This document shows, piece after piece, positions 27,501 to 37,037 of a stretch of DNA of 64,000 nt. The DNA comes from Macrostomum lignano (Eukaryota). The notes under the pieces were generated by a model. The model did no database searches. It worked only from the letters and a program-made list of their open reading frames with translations, and was not told the DNA's origin. Within the stretch, counting starts at the first letter, position 1. Every line of letters begins with the position of its first letter. The stretch spans positions 372,001-436,000 of the forward strand of contig NIVC01000269.1 in assembly GCA_002269645.1 (NCBI GenBank). The letters run 5' to 3'. The position numbers and the translations under genes were made by a program.

Positions 27501-30500
27501 AATCTCCCTCATTCCAAGTCATCCTCATTCCAAATCTTCCTCATTCCAAATCTTCCTCATTCCAAATCTTCCTCATTCCAAATCTCCTTCATTCCAAATC
27601 TCCCTCATTCCAAATCTCCCTCATTCCAAATCTCTCATTCCAAATCTCCCTCATTCCAAATCTCTCATTCCAAATCTCCTTCATTCCAAATCTCCCTCAT
27701 TCCAAGTCATCCTCATTCCAAATCTTCCTCATTCCAAATCTTCCTCATTCCAAATCTCTCATTCCAAATCTCCTTCATTCCAAATCTCCCTCATTCCAAG
27801 TCATCCTCATTCCAAATCTTCCTCATTCCAAATCTTCCTCATTCCAAATCATCCTCATTCCAAATCTCCCTCATTCCAAATCTCCCTCATTCCAAATCTC
27901 CCTCATTCCAAATCCCCCTCATTCCAAATCCCCCTCATTCCAAATCTCCCTCATTCCAAGTCATCCTCATTCCAAATCGCCTCACCCTACTTCCCCAGCA
28001 ACAGCACCATTTGCCGCCGGCACCTCCGCTGCCGCCACAGCCACCGCAGCTGGTGGACTCGCAAGTCGCTCAGCCTCCTCCGCCATCTCTACCGCCGCAG
28101 CCGCAGCCGCAGCCTCAACCGCGGCAGTCAGCGAAGCGACCTTCGAACCCCGCCACTGACGCGGCTCCTCCGATCGCCAAACCGACAGCCAGCCGGCCAA
28201 AATCGGCCAAGCCATCGCAGTCGAACAAACAGCAGCAAGCTGTCCAAGCGTCCAGCCTCGATCCCTCGACATCGTCCACGAAGTCTTCGAAAAACTCGAC
28301 GCCCCAGGCGGTTCCGCTGCCCAAGCCGAAGCCGTTGCCTAGCAACGGTTACGAGCGTCGACGCCGGCTACTTGCCGATATTAGTCGAACGACAACTGGT
28401 GCGGCTACGGAAACTTTTGCCGGCTGCAACAAGGCGCAGCAGCAGAAGAGAGCCGGCAAGAAGAGGCCGAGCCAAGCTGGCGACTCCACAAGCGACAACT
28501 TCAGCGACAGCAACGACGCTGACCGACTTGGTAGCGACATGGACGACGACATGGCCGACGAGGATGCTGAGGACGATGAAGAGGAGGAGGACGATGCGAA
28601 TTTGACTCCGGAGGAGAAGCTGATGCGAGAAAAGGCGCGTCGGCACGCCAACAATGCTAGAGAGAGGTGAGGCGGCTCAATCAGTTGGAAAGATTCCACT
28701 CAATCAGATGGAAAGATTCCCTTCAATCAGTTGGGAAGTTTCCCCTCAATCAGTTGGAAAGATTCCCTTCAATCAACTAGAAAGATTCTCCTCAATCAGA
28801 TGGAAAGATTCCCCTGAATCAGATTAAAAGATTCCCCTGGATCAGTTGGAAAGATACCACTCAAGCAGATCGAAGCAAGATTCCCTTTAATCAGTTAAGA
28901 AGATTTCCCCCGCAAAAGGAACGAGTCTTTAACAATAGGAAAATACCCCCTAATCAAACGGAGATTATCGCCGCAGATTTGTTACAGATTTTGTGCCATA
29001 AAAATCGATAAATATAAAACGGCTCGGCCCAACAGGCTGCGAGTGAAAGACATCAATGACGCATTCAGAGAGCTTGGCAAGGTGGTTGACTTGCACTCGG
29101 AATTGGATAGCGGAAGCCAGCAGCCGCCGTTGACAAAACTTGCTGTCCTGCAGCAGGCGGTCAGCATCATTGCTTCTCTGGAGCAGCAGGTTCTAGGTTG
29201 TACTTTTAAACTATTCGAAAGAACAAGATGAACTCAATTGTTGCTGTGCTGTTTTGTGCCGGCTTTTGATTTTGTTCTGGTTTATTGATGTGTTGTTTCA
29301 TGCAACGATTTCAAAACATCTGATAGCCAGCCTCGCAAATGAAGCATTACAATAGGTTGCTAATCTATAGCCAACCTCACAGATAAAGCATTACAATAGG
29401 TTGCTAATCTATAGCCAACCTCACAGATAAAGGATTAGAATGGATTGCTAATCTATAGCCAACCTCACAGATAAAACATTAGAATAAATTGCTAATCTAT
29501 AGCAAACGTCAGATAAAGAATTTAAAAGGATTGCTAATCTGCTCAGACACATGTAAGGCTACATATATCGAGAGATCGTATCCAGCCTGAATGATTAATT
29601 ACCAGTTTTGGAAACATTTATTCCTTGCGTTTTCATGGTGACAGACGTTTGATGTAAATCAATCAGCTGCATTACAGCCAAATAAATCAGAAATCGTTTA
29701 ACAAAATATCGCGTTCTACAGGATTCGAGTTCGGGACATCAACGGCGCCTTCAAAGAGCTGGGCCGCATGACCATGATGCATTTGAAGTGCGAGAAGCCC
29801 CAGACTAAGCTCTGTGTATTGCAACAGGCTGTTACAGTCATCACAGCGCTGGAACAGCAAGTCAGAGGTTTGCCTGCGCGCGATTCTTTATGACTTAATT
29901 GATTTTATCAGATAATTTCTCGAGGTGTACAACATTTTGTTTTGCCGCGGTATTCGGTTTTTTATCTTCTTATCTGCAGCGTACATTCAGTGTACCGAGA
30001 CCGATTCTAGGGTCTAAAAATCGCCAGTGTACATTCTGTGTAGCCATAAGTTATGGCCCATAACCCTAGTTTCTAAAAATAGCTAGAGTGTACATTCAAT
30101 GCAGCCTTAACCCTAGTTTCTAAAAATAGCCAGAGTGTACATGCGGTGAAGCATCAATCTTAGTGTCCAAAAATAGATCAGAAAATTTATTTAATTAAGC
30201 GTCAATCCTAGTGTCTGATATAGGCGTAATGTACATTCTGTTTAGCATCAAAGTTACCAAGTTATCACGACAACTATCAACCCATCTGTTCCACACAGAG
30301 CGCAATCTGAACCCCAAAGCAGCCTGTCTGAAGCGCAGGGAGGAGGAAAAATCCAGCGATCACGAGTTTCCAGGGCCATCGGGAGAGAGTAAGGTAAGAC
30401 AGCCGGGTCATTAAACGCAATTCAATGGAATGTATTGGGGACAATATTTTCTACTATGTGCCCGATATCATACTAACATCAATTATGCTTTGTTCATTTC

Positions 30501-31797
30501 AGAATCCATTTCGAATTTTTCTGATTTGATTGCAAAAATTTGATTTATTTCAACTCGTAATTTTTCTGAAGTTATTAGTTTTGAAAAACTGGATATTGTG
30601 TTTCTTTATTAGTAGATTTTGAATGCGGTGAAAGGTTTTTGTTTTGGAAATTTTATCATTTGTATTAGTATGATATAATATTAATAATTGTAAATAGTAA
30701 ACGGTCAAATACTTACTATAAAAGCCCGAACTTTTGATTTATCTATTGAATCCATCCGAAAGTAGTTTAAATAACCCCACCCCTCTCAAAAAGTACATTG
30801 AGCGCCCCAACCCCTTTCTCCGAAAAGTACATTGGATGCCCCAACCCTTTTCTCCTAAAAATACAATAAACACCCCAATCCGTCTCTCTAAAAGTACATT
30901 GACTACACAACCCTTTTATCCAAAATATTAAACGCATCAGACCCTTTCTTTCAAAAGTACATTGAGTACCCAACTCCATTTCTTCTAAAAGTACATAGAG
31001 TACCTGAAACCTTTTCTCAAAAACTACATTTAGCATTCCGACCCCCTTTCTCTTAAAAGTACATTAGTCAAGCAACAGCTAATATCACTAGTGCAACACT
31101 CTAGATGTTCTTCATTTGCCCTTAATTGATTACCCAACCACTGTATTCCCAAAGTACCGTGAGTACCCTAATCCCTTTTTACCAATTTCAAATTGTTATT
31201 TATAATCCAGCTTGATTTAAATTATGAAAATTTCAGTTTTGATTTATAAAACCGGTGATTCGTGATTAGAATTTCTATTAAAAGCCACGAGCTAGTTATA
31301 CTGAGATTTATTTTATTAATTATTCTTCAATTGCAAAACACCTTCCAGACTACTCACTAACTGGCTGTACTCAGCCTCAAGCTCAGCAACAGCTGGATAG
31401 TCAACCAATTTCCGCATTCTACAATCCAACTGAACAGCCGCCGTCACTTCGCCAGCAGCCGCATTTCCAGGAAAGCCACAACAGCGCGGTGGCTGCTCAG
31501 CAGTACCTAATGTACTTTACTACTAACAGTAGCAATCAGCATTGCCAGCAACCAGATGAACAGCAGCCGCAAACAATGCCAACTAGAAATAGAATCGACG
31601 CCACAATATCCGAAGCTATTGGCGAGCCATTCGATAATGCCCCAACCGATCAAGTGGCAGCAGTAGCAGCAGAAGCAGAAGATTCCACAGCAGCAGCTCT
31701 TGGCTTCAGTGCCGATGAGTTTTTGATGCCGCATCCGGAGCCGTTGAGACCGGATGTTGAGAATGCTGGCGGCATTGCTGGCCGCCATGATTCCTAG
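21589..31797 (+). CDS. TCF4: Class I bHLH E-protein (daughterless/TCF3/TCF4/TCF12-like) transcription factor
   Basis: Phase-compatible exons: 21589-21723 (ATG in GCCATGG context), 25146-25607, 26112-26162, 27999-28666, then either 29036-29196 or 29722-29867, then 30299-30388 and 31349-31797 (TAG). Diagnostic sequence: [70 protein letters not shown]. The symbol marks the family; one-to-one orthology to a vertebrate paralog is not claimed. Confidence 0.9.
21775..22560. repeat. Intronic ~21-bp minisatellite (CCCCAATCTGAGAAGATCCGC)
   Basis: Tandem copies after the donor at 21724. Confidence 0.92.
23030..23585. repeat. GC-rich 18-bp minisatellite (GGCGCCCCTTGGTGCTCT)
   Basis: Tandem copies containing the GGCGCC palindrome. 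Confidence 0.92.
23990..25080. repeat. Purine-rich ~20-bp minisatellite (GAGAATAGAGAAGAGACAGT)
   Basis: Tandem variant copies. Confidence 0.92.
25640..26060. repeat. ~20-bp minisatellite (TTTACTGTTTAGAGTGACTA)
   Basis: Tandem copies filling the intron 25608-26111. Confidence 0.9.
26220..27975. repeat. 16-bp minisatellite with 14-bp variants (CCCTCATTCCAAATCT)
   Basis: Fills almost the whole intron 26163-27998. Confidence 0.95.
28678..28900. repeat. Degenerate ~23-bp minisatellite (AATCAGTTGGAAAGATTCCCCTC)
   Basis: Tandem copies after the donor at 28667. Confidence 0.75.
29036..29196 (+). CDS. Alternative HLH exon A of the E-protein gene
   Basis: CAACAG acceptor and GT donor, phase 2 to phase 1. 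Encodes [54 protein letters not shown] with no stop. Confidence 0.7.
29325..29535. repeat. 43-bp tandem repeat between the two HLH exons
   Basis: TTGCTAATCTATAGCCAACCTCACAGATAAA recurs at 29358, 29401, 29444 and about 29488. Confidence 0.8.
29722..29867 (+). CDS. Alternative HLH exon B (canonical) of the E-protein gene
   Basis: TCTACAG acceptor and GT donor, phase 2 to phase 1. Encodes [49 protein letters not shown]. Confidence 0.88.
30760..31070. repeat. Degenerate ~40-bp intronic repeat (AAAAGTACATTG...ACCCCTTTCT)
   Basis: The AAAAGTACAT core recurs about 7 times. Confidence 0.6.
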
Positions 31798-32754
31798 ACG
31801 CACTAGCTATATAAAACATACTAAATTCATACTATGACAGCGGGGAGGCCCTGGCGCAGTCGTCTATGGTTTGTTTATTAAGATTAGAAAGTCCTGGGTT
31901 CGATTACTAATCCATCCTGAATTAAAGGAAATTAATTTATGGGATTATCATATAGCATATTCTAAAAGTATATTGCACCTCGACTGAAAATTACTGCAAA
32001 AAATCCTGCAGATTATTACAATCTGCCGATATGTATCGATGCATAATAAAACAATGTTGTGTATCATAGTAACTCCTAAATTCAAAAAAGTGAAGTGGCT
32101 GCTTTTGGCAATACTCCAACAGGAATGTAAATAAACTCGTATTAATAAAAAATCTCTCAAAAATGGCCCTCTGATTCTTGAGGCTCATTGTTTGATCCAA
32201 TGTTAGTTTCGCGAGCATTCAGAGCTGCGACCATAAGGGATTTGCGTTCGCAGCCGATATGTATCGAAAAATAAGTTTCTCGTGCTTTACCGTGATCCAA
32301 CCCTACAGTACGTCATTTACTTAACAAGATTTTATTCATTGAGCTGATTAATATTAACTGTTTATGCTATAAACCTATTTCATATTTAGTAATTCCCATT
32401 TCAAACCCATTTATAATCGTACTGTTAAAAATTAATGATTTGATAAAACTGCATAAAATTAATCCTGCTCTGCATGCAATGTACTACTCATTCATTAAGA
32501 GCCAATTTCTCTTGAAAAACTGCAAAACTCTGACACTGCGTGTTTGACAGCACCAAATTTATGCTTGCACAGAATCTGTAAACAGGTTGTGCTCGTCAGA
32601 TTGATTTTTCTGTCACATGGAGCTATCGTCATTCTGATAACATGTTGCTGACCTTTTCACTAATAAATCATTTTCACTGGCAAAAATCTTTTAAGTTTCT
32701 TACTGCCTTCTGACTAACTCAAATACAGCACTCACGACGGATTACGAGTAACTC

Positions 32755-33640
32755 CTGTGCCTCTCCCTGTGCCTCCCCCTGTGTCTCTCCCTGTGCCTCC
32801 CCCTGTGTCTCTCCCTGCATCTCTCCCTGTGCCTCCCCCTGTGTCTCTCCCTGCGCTCTCCCTGTGCCTCCCCCTGTGTCTCTCCCTGTGCCTCCCCCTG
32901 TGTCTCTCCCTGCGTCTCTCCCTGTGCCTCCCCCTGTGTCTCTCCCTGTGCCTCCCCCTGTGTCTCTCCCTGCGTCTCTCCCTGTGCCTCCCCTGTGTCT
33001 CTCCCTGTGTCTCTCCCTGTGCCTCCCCTGTGTCTCTCCCTGTGCCTCCCCCCTGTGTCTCTCCCTGCGTCTCTCCCTGTGTCTCCCTGTGTCTCTCTCT
33101 CCCCTCCATGTATCTCTCGATCCCAGCCTCCCTGTGTTTCTCCATGTGTCTTTACCACCTCCCTTGTGTCTCTCCCACCTCCCTTGTGTCTCTCCCACCT
33201 CCCTTGTGTCTCTCCCACCTCCCTTGTGTCTCTCCCACCTCCCTTGTGTCTCTCCCACCTCCCTTGTGTCTCTCCCACCTCCCTGGTGTCTCTCCTACCT
33301 CCCTTGTGTCTCTCCCACCTCCCTTGTGTCTCTCCCACCTCCCTTGTGTCTCGGCCACCTCCCTTGTGTCTTTCCCACCTCCCTGGTGTCTCTCTCGCCT
33401 CCCTGGTGTGGGAGGGGGGTTTCACAAACTCGAAATTTCACAACGTCGAAAGCACCTTTCACAAGGTCGAAACTTCACAAGGTCGAAATTTCACAACACC
33501 GAAAACTCTAGTAAGAGACTTCACAAGGTCTAAATTTCACAACGTAGAAAACTACTGCATAGTTCTTGTTATATTAAGTTTTCGACGTTGTGAAATTTCG
33601 ACCTTGTGAAAGCACCCCCCTGGTGTCTCTCCCACCTCCG
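32755..33640. repeat. C/T-rich compound minisatellite (CCTGTGCCTCCCCCTGTGTCTCTC; CCCACCTCCCTTGTGTCTCT)
   Basis: Tandem copies, interrupted by a MITE at 33410-33617. Confidence 0.9.
33410..33617. mobile_element. MITE with internally repetitive TIRs and a 9-bp TSD (Mutator/foldback-like)
   Basis: TTTCACAA..TCGAAATTTCACAACGTCGAAA at the left is the reverse complement of TTTCGACGTTGTGAAATTTCGA..TTGTGAAA at the right. Both termini read GGG from the outside in. CCCTGGTGT is duplicated at 33401-33409 and 33618-33626. Confidence 0.7.
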
Positions 33641-35375
33641 TGTTTTCCGTTGAGGTCCAGACGTTAAGATTTTTTCAACTTGGCACAGCGCTTGCAGCAG
33701 CTCTTCGGATGACCAACGATGACGGGATGGAAGTTGCCACGGACTTTCGGGTCGATAAGTGCACTGAGTGCCTTGATGACTGATAGCAGCTTTATGAATT
33801 TTAAAATTCTGTGCTTTTTCTGCTTTAACATCAAAAGCTTATTATATTAGATGATGGGAGAGCAAATTGATGCACATTAAATTCGGGTTTTTTATGTACA
33901 GCCATCAATTCCAACTTTCCAAAGCACTTACATGTGTATATTTTAAGAATAATTGCCCTGTTAAAAGTACCTGTGTCATGCATAAAAACACAAAGCAATG
34001 GTAGATTGTATGGATATTTTGCATAAAAATTACATAAAGAGAACTCAAATAAAAACCGGTATTAGGATTTCTGTTCTCCGGCCAGGAGATCCAGCACGAA
34101 AAATTTCACGATTTTACGATCGCCCGCACGGACATCAGAAACCATGACATAAGATAAGGTTAGAGATCGCCGCCATGCTAGACTCTCCGGAGTACTAGAT
34201 CTTATTATCCTTAGAAAATAAGAGCTAAATTAAATTTCTCTGACTGTAGAAAGCCCAGCACGTGAACAGCCTAACTTGCGCAAATTTCTTCGATAAGTTT
34301 ATCTATCTAGTACTCGATGCCCTGTGTGAGCTAAATTTAGGGTTGGTCAGACTTTTGCATCATTATTCGTCTCATTGTGCGTATATGCAGTGAAAGCATA
34401 TTATACATGTATGATGAGCGATTGTCAGTTTGCGATTTTCTTACTTTCTATTGATACTTGTCAAATGGCAACTTTGAATCAAGTATTCTTCTACTACCCA
34501 CAAATCCCTGTCGATTTGAACGCCAGAGAGGCAGGGGTCGTACTATAAAGCTGTCGTAGCGTAAGTTCGATCGTAGGTCGAAACTTTTACACTGCGGAGA
34601 TAGGAGCTAAGAACGATCTTATCTCACGCTGGCTTTATAGAACGGGCCCAAAATCAATTTGAAGAGGCGTATCAGGGAAAAAAGCATACATTTTAGCAAC
34701 CAAAATGCCTAAGATACCAGCATTTCGAGCATCCCAGGTGATCTAAAGGGTCGCAATTAAGATGCGATAAACCTGGAGTAAGCAGGTCTACATTGTGACC
34801 AGATGCCTCGGTCGCAACGTTTATCGATTAGAAGGTCTCACTAAACGTCTCAACGGCAAACATCTCAAGAAATGCTTTCTACAAGTACATTTTTACTACC
34901 ATTTACCATTCATGCATCGATGAAAATTGTTAAATAGGTAGAGAAGTAACTATACAAAATTATCGTAATAAGATTAAAATTTCCGACTTAATAAAAACGC
35001 GGAGATCGGTAACCGGAGATCCTAAACCAAACCTTAGTTTTTGCACACGTATCGGAGATCGGCAAACGGTGCAGAATCTCCGGGGGACAACATAATCTGG
35101 TTTAGGATCTCCGGTTGGGGAGACCCTACCATGCCCCGGAGATCCCACAATAGTTATGGATCTCCTATCGCGGAGACCCATAACCGTTTGTAGTTTCCGA
35201 AGGCGATCCTAAACCCTTTAAGGTCTCCGGTCGGAGATCCCAGCCCGTTTGCAGTCTCCGGATCGGCGACCCAAAGCTGGCCGGAGCCCCGGAGATTCTA
35301 AACCGTAACACCGGGCCTCCAATAAATCAGTCCAGAAACCCCACAGTTCGATCATTATTCGGCCCGTGAATAAAA

Positions 35376-36454
35376 TTAGGATTCACAGCTGAACACCTGC
35401 AGTCTCCTGTTGCCATGGTCAGATACAATCAGCTGCTCGCGCGGACCTCCCGTCACCACCGCCAGACCCCATGGACCCCTGAATCTTCCGTCTCTGCTGC
35501 CGCTCTCGCCCGGAGTCCCCAGAGTCCACAGCAGCGACCCGTCGTCTGCAGCCACCGCTCGAACTGAGGGACCAACGAATTCACTCACGAACAGGCGGCC
35601 TCTGCTGTCGACGGCCACATCAATTGGACCAGCAAACTGTTGGAGGCCGGAACGCTGAGTCGGGAAGGAGGCGACCAGCTGCTGGGTGTCGATGCGCACT
35701 CTGTGCACCTGATTGGACTGACAGTCTGTCACCAGAATGCAGTTGTCGTGAGTCGCTAAGTTACGCAGATCAGCACGAGGAAGCTGAGACAGCGTGATGA
35801 CCGTCTCCATCTGCCAAGTCGCTTTGCTGAATGCAGCAATTTTGTTTCCACTGGACACAAACACGGAGGCTGCGTTGCCGCCGATTCCCTTGATGTCACC
35901 GAAGTCCTCGATGTGTGGGCGGACTCGACGCACCGCGCGACCGCTCAGGTCCGTCACTGTCACTGCGTCATCCTGAGCAATGAACAGCAGCTGACGGTCG
36001 CAGTGAAGGCCAAAAAAGGTCATCCTTCCAGTCGATGTCGCAGTGGCACCGCAGCTTCTGTGAGCCGTACACAGACAGCACCAGTACATGAAGGTGGTAC
36101 ATGTACTTATTACTAAAGCAATAGAATGATGCAAGGATCATTCATTCAAGGAACAACACCGCCCGAGCAGTCACCAACGAATCCGCTGGTGTCGCTGCAC
36201 ACAGCCAGCCATGAGACAAGGCCATCCGGCTTCACCTCGTGACTGAAGACCATCGGATCGAACAGCAGTCTGTGAGCAGCGTCTCTCGACCAGTCGCCCT
36301 CTTCACTGCGTCCCGCACAAATGCCGACAAGCCGCTCGAGCTGGCCCAGAAGCCGCAGCTGCAGCTCCTCATTGTCGCTCTGGTCTCTGAGCAGGCGCTC
36401 TGACCTCTCAAAGTCGGCCTCAAAGTCTCCAAGCGATTCGTGCATGGACTGGAC
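35376..36454 (-). pseudogene. NHL-repeat gene paralog 1; 5'-truncated, with in-frame stop, deletions and frameshift
   Basis: Highly similar to the gene at 58493-60193 (MHESLGD.EADFERSERLLRDQSDNEELQ; FAGPIDVAVDSRG; NRRLQVFS). Homology ends abruptly at about 36454. It has a stop after VVP, lacks the VTATSEEIDAA segment, and carries an extra base in the A6 run at 36012-36017. Confidence 0.8.
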
Positions 36455-37037
36455 TTGTTGTGTTGTCCTTGTGTTCCCAAGTTCTCAAGTTCTTGTGTTG
36501 ATTTCATCAAACATTATTTCCAGAGACGCTGAAGCAAACCTCAGCTAATGAAATGAATATCACTGCTCAAAACAGGCCGGAGACTGCAGCCCAGCTCAGA
36601 CACCCTGCGGAGATCTCAGGAGGAAGAGAGTTGAAAGCGACTGGGGGATCGCAAAACATCTTGGAATCTCAGGGAGAGAGGAGAGAATACTACTGGGACC
36701 GACTCTGAGAATTGCGACAGCCCCCGCCGTGATCCTCAGCGACGGCTCCCGCTGGCATGTCGACACCTTGAACTGTGACTAATGACTAATGCACTGTAGC
36801 TAATGAGATGACTAAAGTTACTGATTACTGAACTGTGATTATTGTTCTTGCGTAATAAACTGTGCCTGATAATCTCCAGGATGTGCAGATAGCAGCAATG
36901 TCGAATTGCTGCATTTGAATAGAATTTATCTGTCAGTCAGGCATCTTTAAGTTGTTTTATCTTGCAGTTTCAGTTCTCCATTCTGCATCACTCAAAAAAG
37001 ACACGAATTTGCCTTTTGCTTGTTTGGCAGAATGAGA

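Noticed and set aside
29036-29867. Single protein with two tandem HLH domains
   Set aside because: Joining exon A to exon B shifts the reading frame (phase 1 donor to phase 2 acceptor).
32719-33609. Multiple overlapping 130-260 aa ORFs
   Set aside because: Low-complexity C/T minisatellite, open in most frames.
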